DNA of 64,000 nt from the human T2T-CHM13v2.0 reference genome, Homo sapiens. The notes under the pieces were generated by a model. The model made no database searches and was not told where the DNA came from. It saw only the letters and a program-made list of their open reading frames with translations. The translations under genes were made by a program, and so were the position numbers. Shown here piece by piece: positions 28,959-42,790 of the stretch; the first letter of the stretch is position 1; each line of letters starts with the position of its first letter. The stretch lies in NCBI RefSeq assembly GCF_009914755.1, contig NC_060927.1. The stretch is one strand, 5' to 3'.

Positions 28959-30399
28959 TAATTAGATCTCATTTGTCAATTTTTGCCACTGTTGTGATTG
29001 CTTTTGGTATCTTTGTCATGAAATCTTTGCCCATTCCAGTGTCTGGTATGGTATGGCCTAGGTTGTCTTCCAGGGCTTTTATAGATTTGGGTATTATATT
29101 TAAGTATTTAATCTATTTTGAGTTGATTTTTGTATATTGCATAAGGAAGGGGTTCAGCTTCAATCTTCTGCATATGGCTAGCACTTATCACAGCATCATT
29201 TATTGAATAGGGAGTCTTTTCCCCATTGCTTGTTTTTGTCAGCTTTGTCAAAGATTAGGTGGTCATAGGTGTGTGACCTTATTTCTGGGCACTGTATTCT
29301 GTTCCATTTGTTTATGTGCCTATTTTTGTACAAGTACCATGCTGTTTTGGGTACTGTAACCCTATAGTTTGAAGTCAGGTCACATGACGCCTCTAGCTTT
29401 GTTCTTTTTGCTTAGGGTTGCCTTGGCTATTCAGGCTCTTTTTTGATTCCATAGAATTTTAAAATAGCTTTTTTTCTAGTTCTGTGAAAAATGTGATTGT
29501 AGTTTGATAACAGTAACATTGAATTTGTAAATTGCTTTGCAAGGTATGGTCATTTTAATGATATTGATTCTTCCTATCCAAGAGCATGGGATGTTTTTCC
29601 ATTTGTTTATGTCTTTGATTTTTTTGAGCAGTGTTTTGTAATTCTACTTGTAGAGCTATTTTACCTCCATTGGTTAGCTGTATTCCTAGGTATTTTATTC
29701 TTTTTGTGGCAATTGTGAATGAGTGTTTGTTCCTGATTTGGCTCTTGGCTTGGCTGTTGTTGGTGTTTAGAAATGCTAGCGATTTTTGTACTTTGATTTT
29801 GTATCCTGAAACTTTGCTAAAGTTGTTTATCAGCTGAAGGAGCTTTTGAGCAAGGCTGGGTTTTCTAGATACAGAATCATGTCTTCTGCAAACACAGATA
29901 GTTTGACTTCTTCTCTTCCTATTTGGATGCCCTTTATTTCTTTCTCTTGCCTAATTGCTCTGGCTAAGGCTTCCAATACTTTGTTGAATAGGAGTGGTGA
30001 GAGAGGGCATCCTTGTCTTGTGCTGGTTTTTTAGGGAAAAGCAGCTATTCCCCATTCAGTATAATGTTGGCTGTGGGTTTATCATAGACAGCTCTTATTA
30101 TTTTGAGGTATTTTCCTTCAATACCTAGTTTATTGAGAGTTTTTAACGTGCAGTGGTGTTGAATTTTAAGGAAAGTATTTTCTGCATCTATTGAGATAAT
30201 CACGTGGTTTTTATCTTTAGCTCTGTTTATGTAATAAATCACATTTATTGATTTGCATATTTTGAACCAACCTTGCATCCCAGGGATGAAGTCTACTTGA
30301 TCATGGTGGATTAGCTTTTTGATGTGCTCCTGGATTGGGTTCACAAAAGAATTTTGTTGAAGATTTTTGCATCCATGTTCATCAAGGATATTGGCCTGA

Positions 30400-30401
<2 letters not shown>

Positions 30402-30449
<48 letters not shown>

Positions 30450-30469
30450 TGTCTGTGTGTGTGCATGTG
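30402..30469. repeat. (GT)n microsatellite
   Basis: About 22 perfect units, then imperfect units. Confidence 0.97.
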
Positions 30470-31530
30470 CCAGATTTGGGTATCAGGATAATGCTGGCCT
30501 CATAGAATGAGTTGGGGAGGTGTCCCTCCTCCTCAATTTTTTGGAATAGTTTTAGTAGGAATGGTACCACTTTTCTTTGTACATCTAGCAGCATTCAGCT
30601 GTGAATACATCAGATCCTGGGCTTTTTCGATTGGCATGCTATTCGTTACTGATTCAGTTTTGGTGCTTGTTATTGGTCTGTTTGGGGAATCAATTTCTTC
30701 CTAGTTCAGGGTCGGGAGGATGAATGTGTCAAAAAAGTATCCATCTCTTCTAGGTTTTCTAGTTTGTGTGCATAGAAGTGTTCATAGTAATTTCTGTTGG
30801 TTATTTTTATTTCTGTGGGGTCAGTGGTAACATTTCCTCCATCATTTCTAATTATGTCTATTTGGATCTTCTCTCTTTTCTTCTTTATTAGTCTACAAGC
30901 TACATTTTTGAAGCTCTAGGAATCTGTTTTCTACATATGATTTCCAGGACTACCCAAGACATTTCCATTTATTTATTAACCAAATGGGAAGACTAAGAGA
31001 ACAGTATGACCATGGCTAATGTATTTTAAATAAATGGCAGAAGTTGCACACTTCACTTCTTTGTATAGTCACTGATGAGAAATAAACTTTTTGTCCATAA
31101 CTAGTAACAGAGGGACTGGGAAATAAGCTGAGCAGGATATCAATGTGGAGACTATGTGTTTTATGGGAAGGGAAGGGCAAACAGAGGTGTTTGCCATATT
31201 TTCTCAATATTGGAAAGGGGAAGATAAATTTGGAGATGACTTGGTAATAGACCAGTTTTGTTTTTTATTTTTTGGTCAGGGCAAAACTATAATTCAGCCA
31301 CTTATAGTTGAATACTGAAGTCTGAAAAAGCTTAGAAGTGGAAGAACTTGAATTATGAAAGGTTTTACTTTCTCATGTGCCCTGCGTCAAAGTCACATTT
31401 GAAGGGAACTGAGTTTGCTGTGAACATAAGGATAACATCATAAGATTTGCCTCAATTGTTTGTTTCCATAGCGTCTCTCCTGACACTGACACAGAAAACC
31501 TGGAGTATGAGACAGAATAAGGAAGGCACC

Positions 31531-31867
31531 TGTATTAGTCTGTTCTCACGCTGCTGATAAAAACATACCCAAGACTGGGAAATTTACAAAAGAAAGAAAT
31601 TTAATGGACTTGCAGTTCCACGTGGCTGGGGAGGCCCCACAATCATGGTGAAAGGCAAGGAGGAGCAAGTCACGTCTTACATGGATGGCAGCAGGCAAAA
31701 AGAGAGAGAGAGTTTGTGCAGGAAAACTCCCATTTTTAAAACCATCAGATCTCATAAGACTCATTCACTACCATGAAAACAGCACAGGAAAGACTTGCCC
31801 CATAATTCAATTACTTCCCACCAGGTTCCTTCCACAACATGGGGAACCCAAGGTGATATTTGGGTGG
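31531..31867 (-). mobile_element. THE1A/B MaLR solo LTR, 5' terminal ~20 bp missing
   Basis: tgtattagtctgttctcacgctgctgataaa ... gatatttgggtgg. Confidence 0.92.
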
Positions 31868-31891
31868 CTTCACAAGCTATTGTCCCATTAT

Positions 31892-31929
31892 AGTGATAAC
31901 TTGGCTTCTGAAGTGATAACTTGGCTTCT
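31892..31929. repeat. 20-bp tandem duplication
   Basis: agtgataacttggcttct twice at a 20-bp period. Confidence 0.9.
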
Positions 31930-34649
31930 TAACTACATAGCCCAGTCAGCTGCCATTTTTCTGGACTAGAGAACCACCATTGTAGACGTTCTGAAATGTT
32001 GTGAGTTGAAAATAGAGCATCAGGGTCTGAATCTGCTCTCTGGATTGTCTATTACAAACAGTAATTGTTATTCAAGAGGGCTGGAAATTTCATGCATGAT
32101 CATTGGGTGACCTGGAAATCAGTGGTATCAAGAGAATTGGATGCTGGCACAGGGAAATGCCATGCTGAATGAATAATGGCATGCTCTAAGTTTGTCCTGC
32201 ACATATCAAGCACAAAGTAACACTCTGTAGAAATGAGTGAAGGAGGAGAGAAAGAGAAAAATAAATTTTCATCTTAAGATAGTTAACTGGAGACGCCACC
32301 ATATGAAAAAGCCCACTCATATCAGCTCAGGCTTATTATATAGTTAAGAGCAAACAAATCCCAAAATCCAAAATTCACAGCTGCTTCTTTTGAACCTATC
32401 GTTATAACAATTATTCTCTTAATCAGAGAGATTAATTAACTTTTACAGGGTCACAAAGATTCATATCCAAGTCTGGCAACTTCATCAGATTTTGGCTTTT
32501 AATCTTGCCTGATTGGTTTTAACTTTTTTTTAAATCTAACTTTCCACAGGTTTCTAAGGTCTCTTTCCACCAGACAGTAAGTTATTTGACTGTAAGGACT
32601 CTGAGCATTACTGCTCAAAGGTCTTTCCATATAATCTGCTCAAAGAATGTTTATTAAATAACTGCATGCAAATGAAAGACATAAAGAAGTTCCATTCATT
32701 TACATACTAACCAGAATATATACTTTTTTAAAACTCTCACTGTTTTACAGACTAGCATATCAAATTGTGGGAACTTATAAGAACTATTTCCCCCAGGGGT
32801 GGTCAGGTTATCTCTCTTGGGTTCTTTGCTTAAGCAAGTATTTTCCCATTGATTCAGAACCCTCTAAAAGTGACATATCTTCAGCTGGGTGAAAAATTGG
32901 CTTGATTAGAACTAAAGGGGTGCAATTCTCTTAATGTAACCATGGGTAACATCTGCTATCATTTATTTTTCTTATTAAATTGTAACAGGTGAGCCAGGCT
33001 GGCAGCTTGGTGATAGTATTACTGCAAACAGGCAGGGCATTTCCCAGTCTAAATGCCAAACTACATACAGTGTAAAAGTTAAGTTAGGCTTTAGGATATT
33101 TAATGGATATTATGGTAGCCTATGACACCAATCATCTCAAGTAAGAGTGATACATAGCTGTGGTGTTTTGGAATATTTTCTGAAATTCAAGTAATAGACT
33201 TTTATGGGAAGCTGTTCTAGTCTCAAATGGAATAAGAGTATATTAAAAGGGAAGAGTAGATAATGAGGGGAGAAGAAGGGCTTTGTCTATTCTTTTTTCA
33301 CTGATATAGCTTTAACAGCATAGTGCTTAGAACACAATAGGTGCCCAATAAATATCTATTGTCTTAATATCCAAATCATATGTGGATCCCTTCTGTTTCC
33401 ATGGAAGGGTCTCAGAAGGTGAAGGTAGAAATGGGCAGCAAGGTTATCGGCAGTTTAGCTTGGGACCTGGAATTTAATCAGGCCCAGGGCATACCATCTA
33501 TCTGAAATTAATGTCCTCTTTTAACACATACCCTCTTCTAATCCCAGTGACACCTATCCATCCTTCTAGGTCCCACATTTCTTCTGGTGCCCTGCCTAAT
33601 TTCTTCAACAGAATGAAACTTTGTTCTTTCTTAGTTCCTTCAGGAGTTATGCTCTGTGGGGAACATAGCATTTAGCACCTTTTATTCTTGGCTTCATTTT
33701 CTTTTAGCCTCATTTCTCCAGCTTGATGCAATGTCCATACTCATTAAACTTGTTTCTTCATTTGGGGGCAGGAGAATATATGTAACAGAATAATGAAAAT
33801 ACCAGGGGTTTTAAAACTCAATAATATTGTTCTAATAAAAAAAAGACAGACTAATCTATCATGTAAAAGAAATTTCTCAGAGAAAAGAGACTATAGTTTC
33901 AAGAAGAAAATGTTGGAAAAGAAAACATTATCTTATATCCGATATTCAGTGTTCTGACGGAGAAAACCAGTGAGGGGAAGATAAGAAGAAAGAGGGAGAA
34001 ACCTGAAGAGGAAACAGAAGGAAAGGGGAGGGGGAGAAGGTAAAACTACTGTGGTATTTTTGGAATAAGGAGGGAAGCTGCTCTAATAACACATAAATTT
34101 TGTAAAATTTTCTTATTTTAAGTAGTAGAGCAAAGAGGCTTGTGAATTTTATTAAGACAGTTGATATGTTTTTAAAGGAGAAACAATATCATCTTGTAAC
34201 AGCAGAGCATTTCAATAATTTTATCTTCTAGTCTCTTTGAAAGTGAAAAGGAAATCACCTTTTACTCACAAATCTAGCTGGATAGCATGTTTATTTTAAA
34301 ATAACCTTTGGCATTCTGTTTATATCAAAATTCATTTGCAAATTTGGAGCAATACAATATGATTTCTTGAAGATACAAAGATAAAACGTTAAATGACGCT
34401 TACCAAGTCCCAGTGCTTCTGGATTAGGCGAGGCCTTTCTCATTGACATGCTTACTCTACATTTAACACCTTTTGTTGCTACATAACAGGATGAGGGAGT
34501 ATTCAATCAGAAAGTTATTAGTCATATTTAGATGTATTTGAATGTAAAATTATTAGTTAACAGCCATATATGTAAAGCCAGTTTTCTATAGCAAAGCTTT
34601 CATCTAATTTCAGAGATAAAGTACTTTGTACAAAAAACCAAACAACTCG

Positions 34650-34919
34650 GGTTCTCACTCATAAGTAGGAGTTGAACAATGAGAACACATGGACACAGGG
34701 AGGGGAACATCACACAGCAGGGCCTGTAGGGGAGGTAGGGGGAAAGGGGAGGGAGAGTGTTAGGACAAATACCTAATGCATGTGGGGCTTAAAACCTAGA
34801 TGACAGATGGACAGGTGCAGCAAACCACTATGGCATATATATACCTATGTAACAATGTAACAAACTAGTACGTTTAGCACCTGTATCCCAGAACTTAAAG
34901 TAAAATTAGAAAAAAAAAA
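34650..34919 (+). mobile_element. Short L1PA7/8-like 3' end
   Basis: ttctcactcataagt; ggacaaatacctaatgcatgtggggcttaaaacctagatgac; A-tail. Confidence 0.92.
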
Positions 34920-36134
34920 CTGGAGAGAAAAAAAGAAATAAAATACTGCATTAAAAAAAAATAGGGCATCTGAGAAGCGTGTCCATTAGAATAGTTTTAG
35001 TTTCTTAGTGATGTTATGCTGAACCCCTGACAAAAGTGTTAATATTTGATGCCAATATTTTTCCCACTGACAAACTAAATATACCTATTCTGTAATAATA
35101 TTAAACTAGATCTTGTATTTGGCTATTTAAAAAAGTATAACAAATATATCAAGCTTTGCATATATCTGGGCTAGTGATTTGTAAGTATTTTCATTTGTGC
35201 ATCCTTTCCATTATAAACATTTAAGTATACATTACCAAAATATCTATTTTTAAAAAATTAAAAACATATATTTTATATGTAATATACCATATATTTATGA
35301 AGCACAAACTAACAGAATTGACTTGAACAGTTGCTAAGTTGCATATATTCTGCCTTGGAAACCACTGATCTGAAGAGTATGTCATAGTCCTAAAAGTAAA
35401 TATATGTAAGCAACAAAAGATACAGCTCAGTAACTATAGTGAAAAAAAAGGGGGTGGGTTTCTCAGCAATATCAATGAAGAAAACACTAAATACTTTAAT
35501 GAGGAATTAAAGTAAATGGCAGAAACAGCTCCAGATGAATGGAAATATAACAGTGGTGTAATCATTAACGTTTCATGAGACCGAGAAGTAGTATCAAGAT
35601 TTCTTGTAATGCCTCATTAAAATGATAACCTATTGATATGGTGGTGTCTGTTTACCCCATACATCTGATTATATGGGGTGTATGAACATATGTGTTCATG
35701 TATGTTTGCATAATTGTAGAGTAAATAAAAGGCCATTATATAATGAATTTTTAAAGTTCACCTAAGGTGAAATTTTAATTCAAAAAGAGTGGCCAAATTC
35801 TCATAGCAAAGAATGATTCTTTTCCAATACGATGAGAAGCACAATGAGTTAAGGCCTGCCAGTTTCATTTTGCCTTTGTGAATTTCTAGTGCTTTATGCT
35901 GTATCACCACACCATAATTTAAGTACAGCCTTAGCTGAGAATTTCCTCATTTATTTTTCAAAAGTAATGCTGTAAAAACACTTTCAGGAACGTTATAAAT
36001 CACATATTACTATACTAAGATACTTAACTAAATCCAGAGGCATTCTTGTTTTTCAAGTAAATATGAATTCTTTCTTGTTTCAGTATGTACCCAGAATTAG
36101 TACAATAAATTATTTTTGCATTTTGTCACTAAAA

Positions 36135-36181
36135 ACACACACACACACACTCTCTCTCTGTCACACACACACACACACACA
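36135..36181. repeat. Compound (AC)n(TC)n(AC)n microsatellite
   Basis: Direct reading. Confidence 0.9.
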
Positions 36182-37191
36182 AATATTTCCATATGAGTAT
36201 TGTATTAGAAATTGATTATAACTAATTACTTAGGCACTTTAAAAGGAGATTTTTTTTTAAAAAAAGGAATGTCATATGAATTTGTTTCAAGCCATTAAAG
36301 TTCACACTGTCAATACAGTGCCAAGTGGGAAATTGAGGCCCAACAGCAGATGTAAGTGACTATTTGGATATCTCACATTTAATTATCTTCAGGGGTAGCA
36401 CATTATTGCTCCTGAGAAGAGAGTTCTGAAGCAGGTCAATCCCCAGCAGGCACCTGGGCATTATGGGGGTACCCGAGTGTCACTCCATCACTGAAAAATG
36501 TCCTAGGAATATCTGAACACCAGGGGAGAGAGATTTTTTAATGTGACTTAAAAAATATTCCTCTTCTTAAGCTTCCTGATCCTCCTATATCATCATCCCA
36601 ATGACATGACCAGTTGTCATTTTACTTTCTGTCTACGTAACCTCATGCACAGCTAGGAAATAATGATTTAGGTCTTGAAATTCAAAACATAATGGTGTTC
36701 CTTTTTTTTCATTTCTCATTTTACTCAACATCCCTGCAGAGTTGATGCAAGTACTGAGCTGCCTTTGAAGTCAGCTTGCATCATCTTTGATGGAGTATAA
36801 AGCAATAGGAGATACTGACTGCAGTTTTGAGCATCTCAATTCTCATCTTAGATGATGCCGATACATTTGTCATTAAATACGTGGCATGAGTAAATTCTTG
36901 GGAAAATTGCCAAGCAGTTAAAATTGGCAGGTATAGTGTACATATTTCCACCATAAAAGAATAGAAAAGAAAAATATTAACCTGTTTTGAAAGCAATTTA
37001 GCCCATGTTTCACTTAGGCTATTCTTATTTGTGAGTAATTTTGTAGCGTATTCTTGTTACATGGGCTCCTTTTTCCTAATACTTTGGATGCTTTGTGAAA
37101 GGTTACATTAAACAGATATATATGGTTTCTAAAAACATTTGACACCTTGAAGAATGATATTCTTTGTTTATATAACAGCAATATAAATTAG

Positions 37192-37538
37192 TGTGTTTGT
37201 TCGTTTTCTGTTGCCATAACAGAATATCACAGACTGAATAGTTTAAAAATCACAGGTTCATTTTTCTGGTGGCTGGGAAGTCTTAGATCATGCTGCAGGC
37301 CTCTGGCAAGGAGTATCCCACCGTGGAAAACATCACATGATGAGTGAGCAAGCAAGAAAGAAAATGGTGGACAAAATCTTTTTATTAAGAACCCACTCCA
37401 GCAACAATAGCACTAATTAATGTATGAGGGTGGAGTCCACATGACCTAATCACCTTTTAAAGGGCCCACCCCTTAGTACCACTAAAATGGCAATTAAATT
37501 TCAACATGAGCTTTGGCAGGGACATTCACACCATAGCA
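37192..37538 (-). mobile_element. MSTC/MSTD/MLT1A-type MaLR solo LTR
   Basis: ttttctgttgccataacagaata ... aattaaatttcaacatgag...ccatagca; TSD attag/atcag. Confidence 0.85.
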
Positions 37539-37694
37539 ATCAGTATGTGTGGATGAACTCCAGTAGAGTTGGCTTTTTAATATATTTTGCTCTTAACAAT
37601 AATGATATGGCCCCTAGTAAATAGGAGCATGATTGGAGGTGAAAGAATAAATGAAACTAATTTGATTGTAAAATTCTGTCTTCATTCATTGATA

Positions 37695-38080
37695 GGCATT
37701 ACTGCTGATTACCAATCTCTTGACCTTATCTTCTGTGAGGTCCATGGGAAAACTGCACTTTTCTGCCACATTGATGTTGGGTTTTAACCATGTGGCAAGT
37801 TTGGGCCAATGAAATTTGAGCATAAGGGCTATGTGAAGCCTTTAATTACGTGAACTCTCTTCTTGTTCTTCTTCTGCAGAGGTGACCATGGAAGCATGTG
37901 TGTTGAAAGAGGAAAGCAAGCTGGAATGCAGCGTGAACACATGGAGTACAGCTGCTATAAAGAGTGACTGAGGAGACTGCAGTAGACTTGCCTGATTGAA
38001 AATTTAACTTTTTTTGTGTTAAATCATTGAGATTTTAGGGTTGCTTATTACCACGGCACAACCTAGCCTATCATGACTGG
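37695..38080 (+). mobile_element. MLT1I/J-type MaLR LTR
   Basis: ccatgtg...tgggccaatgaaat; gagattttagggttgcttattacc...acctagcctatc. Confidence 0.7.
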
Positions 38081-38148
38081 TGTGTGTATGTGTATATATA
38101 TATATGTGTGTGTGTGTGTATAATGTGTATGTGTGTGTATATATAATA
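38081..38148. repeat. (TG)/(TA) compound microsatellite
   Basis: Direct reading. Confidence 0.85.
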
Positions 38149-41100
38149 TAGGAGCTTTTAAAGGAAAATAAATTTAGTAATTAAAATAGGACAAAATGAA
38201 AGATACCAAATATCTGTTTGTGCAATATCACACGACATTTTTGTGATTTGCATTGATCTCAGTAGAATATATCATAGAATATGTAGAATATATAATACTC
38301 AGTAGATTATATATATATGATATATATATGATGTATATATATCATAATACATCACTTACTCAGCTCTGCAGTAAGTATCTCTAAGCCTTCTCTAAATGCT
38401 CACATTCTGCTGTTATTAGGATAATCACATTAATTTCTATTGCCTTATACCCCTCTAAAATTAGTCTTCAATATCACATTTTTATAACTATTTAGAATAA
38501 ATGTTAATGGTTGGGGAAAGGAATGTCAAAGGAGAGATGTTCTTTTGAGATAAGCACTTTAAAAATCACAGAAGTTTATTGGCTTCATTTTTCATAGGAG
38601 TTTTAAAGAACATAGTTCATTTTAGAGAATGTCTAGTTGCTCTGGATGGCTGTATCATAAGGTCACAAGGAGAGGAGAATTGTGACAAAAAATGTACATG
38701 GATAATTCTTTCCTGTGTTGCCTTACATCTATATATCACAACAAGAGATTACAGTCCATTAAGTTCTACAACATTTTCATTAAAAATACAATCTGAATCC
38801 TAAGAGGAAAATACTAGCTACCAGAAACATAAGATTCTCAGAGAGCTTAGTGTGCTGCATGTTAAGTTGCAGACAGACATGCTAGTTTTCTTTGAATCAG
38901 TATCTTAAATCTATCCCCTTATTTTTCCATCTAATTTTCAGCAGGTCACTCTCAAGTCAAAATTTAATTTTATGTGGTTGAAGTTGTGGAGCCAAAATGA
39001 AATTGCATGCTGTAGGGGGAAAAAATTTAACCTACTTTTAATAGCCCCTTTGAAAGATACTTTGAAGACATGACTTACTCTCGTAGTATGTTGACTATCT
39101 GAAGAATGAATTATTATATCCTTGTCAAATTTTAAATATCACGCTGTTAAAAATATTAGTCACACAGGGGGCTGCTTGACAGTAATGTCACAGAAAAGCT
39201 CTGGTCTATATGAACAGGCAGAGTCTGAAACTTAATACCATGGTTCCATGGAGCTCTGTCTTCCATGGGCAACTGCTGAGGGGTGGGGATGGGGGTGGGA
39301 AACTGCTTCAAGTTTCCTTGGAACATTGGCAGGACTCTGCCAACTGCATTCTACTTACTGTTCCAGCCAGCTGAGGGAGACTTGTGTCTTTCTCCGGCCG
39401 TCCTCTCCCAGCAGAGCTTTAGAGGAGAGTCTAAAAGAAATAAAAAAGCTATCATTTCAAGTGAGGAAGATTTAAAAAAAAAATACATCCAAGAAATGTG
39501 AGTTGAGATCTAGACTAGAGGTTGTAAAGAAAATGATCCAAAGAATTTCTTTTAAAAGGCAGGGCATTTTTTTTTTTAAGCCTGAAAAATAAGATTAGAA
39601 ACTGGCTTGGATGAGCCCAACTGTGATTAAAAAAATAAACCTTTTATAGTTAAGTCAAGATTTTTTTTCCTCTTTTTGTTCTTTGACTTTTCCTTGCAGG
39701 GAAAGGGGCAATCTTTACCTAATCAGAGCGAAGCAAGAATCACTGAGGCAGCGGAAGCATCCTGTAGGTGAAGGTCAGGCCAATTTTCACCCAAGTAATG
39801 CTGTTTTATCAGTCATCGAACAAAGATTGGGGCCTTCCTTTTCTTGATCCTTTTGTGCTTTCCCCTATTACTTTAACAGATCTGAACAAACCAGGGATTC
39901 TTCATCCAAAAGTTCCATTTAGCTGCATTTATTTCGAATCCTCCAAATTTCACATCTCAATGTTACAGCAACTTAAGAATGATACAAAACCTACATGTTT
40001 TTAGGCAGGAAGACAAAGTTAACTAAAAACAGAATTAACACAGGACACAGTGGTTGTTTTCATGGGAACTTGGCCATTTATTTAGTGCTGAATCTCATGT
40101 CAGCCCTATTAATCCTGACACTTTTTAGTTTCAAGGGTTTCTATTTTCTGTATGTCTACAAAACATGAACACTGTTGATGAAACATTGAGTTACAAATTG
40201 GATGATGTTACACTTGGCAACTTGGATAAGAGTCAGGCTGAGAAGCCAAGACTATAAAACAAATACTCACCCTAGTGATGTGTGGTATCCAAAATAAACG
40301 TATTATGCAGTTGCCTCCGAATAACTGCTCCAATGCTGTAATATTCTAGGTCACATTATGTCAGGTCCATTTATTCTCATGTATACATTTGGTGTTTTCA
40401 AAATGGGAGATATCAACATGAAAAAATGGGGAAAATGTCATTTTATAAAGATGAAGTTAAGAATTAGTTTAATAATTTCAAAAAATCATCTTATTTTAAA
40501 GCATAGCATTTTGATTTATAAGCTGCAGCATGGAACCTCTTCATAGTCCTGACAGCTTTGACTCAATTTTCCTATATCTGAATAACTATAAACTATATTT
40601 GCTTGTTTACCCTTGTCCTGTCTTCTACCTTTCTCTTCTTTATTGATCTTTTCTTACATTTTTACTTGCCAATTATTTCTGTCTCCTTTTTTCCACCCTT
40701 CCTTCCCCAGAGCCCAGATTAGAAGTTGGCTGCCTTTAGATGGAGGGATTCATTTGGATACTATTTTCCTCTTTAAGGGGCTTGGATTTTTTATGTTACA
40801 AATTGCATAGCTTTGTGGCCATATAGAAAATGTTACTTTTGAGATTATTGTAATGAATCTGTAAATACTAGTGATTTGATTTATTCAGAGATAAGTAGAT
40901 TAGGGACTCTACCTTTTTTATTGCTGAAAATGTGCCCAAACTTGACCTATTTTCTGTTACTAAAATACAGAAGGGAAGACACTGTATCATTCAATCATTT
41001 TAATGCTTTGAACCATGGAAAAAAATATAAAAGGCTACCCCTGCTCCCCATTTGTCTTTTCATTTTGATTAATAAATACATGATATTCTAACATACTGAG

Positions 41101-42639
41101 GAAGAAAGTGGAGTGAAGATAGGACATGCACACAGCTGTAGACAGGAGAAAACTATACTGCCCTTGCTTAGGAGCTTTATATAATCCATCAACCAGCTCT
41201 GCAAATCCTTGCCACAGAGCGTCTCTCAGCACGACATTTTCCTGTTCATTGGACCAGCAACCCTCACTAAGGTCCAAACCACCTAACACTCTGTTATCCA
41301 TCAAAGCCTCCTTACTGGTCTCCCTGCCTTCATACTCTCCCCTCACCACTTCATACACCTGAAAGGGAGTGAAGTCTGAACTACCATCCTTAAATTCATT
41401 CTTGGACACTCCGAAGACCAGAATTTCATATTTACTTACTGAACTGTCAGGGTTGGAAGAACTAGCAGAACTAGCTGAAGGATTATAGAACCATCAACAG
41501 CAAGAACAGTATCTTCTTTCTCTTGTCCACAGCTGTGTAAATGGTTTATCCTTTACTTGTTTTCATTCTTCAGACCCTTGTGACACTGCACATTCATCCT
41601 GCTGAAGTGAAACAATGAATTGGGGTGGGAGTTGGTTGGGGTTGTTTGGGATGTGGGGAAAGGCCAAAGAGTAGTGCAAATAAAAGCAGTAAAGGAGTAG
41701 AGCAAAGAGGTTTACCATATAAGAAAAAAAATTCTGTTAAAGTTTTTTTTTTCTGGGAATGATAAGCACTGAGAAGATCAACATTCATATTTAATTATAA
41801 GCACGTCATATTGGTCACAAAAGACTCAGAATTATATTTGGCAGTATTTTATTAATAAGTCATTCATATTACTCTCTATCTTGAAAGAAAAATAATTTAA
41901 AATATAATGAGTTTTTCCTTTATTTTGGAATATACTTTCTACCGTTCATTTTAAATCAGTGAACTTTCACTCCAAGTTTGCTTCCCATTCTCCAGAGTGC
42001 CATTAATCTTCAAATGGAGCAATTTCAAACCACAATTTTATTATTATTATTAAAAGAATTCAGTAACTTCCAATTTTATTACAAATAGGACTAAAATGAA
42101 AATGCTTACTTGGTAGCTTTTTGTTTGATTCTCAACACAGTTTTCAGAAACCAGAACCATACAATTCCCTGTCTGGTACAGTGAGCAACAGTTTGTATCT
42201 GCTTAGCTGGTGTTTGTATGCTCAGTTAACCAGCCCTTGTATGTTCTGTCTCTTCTAAGGGCTGTGGAAATTTAAATACGGTAAATGCTCTGTGACAGTG
42301 CTGCTGTTGTTTAGTCAATTCATTTCCTTGAGTAGAAGATCAGTTCACAATTACTTCAGGGCAGTCCATACAGGCCATCTTAGCTGGCCATTAATTAAGC
42401 AATAAGACATGACAGGCAATGTATTTCTGGGCCATTTAACGTATCTCTTGAGGGATTTTTAAAGCCAGAGGCTAAAGGTCAAGTGACTTTAGACTTTAAC
42501 CACTTGAGAAGTTCACTGCCAGGAATTTTCCATTACCACAGGGGAAATCTGAATATGAATTATTGAAACTAAGAAACACAAGACTTTGTTAGTTTATAAT
42601 TGGGAGATCAAGCCAAAATTTTTAAAAATAAATTTACAG

Positions 42640-42790
42640 AGTGCCAAATGTTGTACCATAATCTGCCATGTATTATCTCATCTAATTTTTCCAACAATCT
42701 TGTGAAGTGTTCATTATCCCCATTATACAGTAAAAGCACATGAAACTCAGAGAAATTTGATAGCTAAAATCCTTTGCACTATGGTTTAGA
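42640..42790 (-). mobile_element. MIR SINE
   Basis: tattatctcatctaat...caacaatcttgtgaagt...attatccccattatacag...gaaactcagaga. Confidence 0.7.

Noticed and set aside
41035-41409. Overlapping 124- and 78-aa ORFs (also 57493-57922)
   Set aside because: Overlap degraded L2-like sequence; chance ORFs
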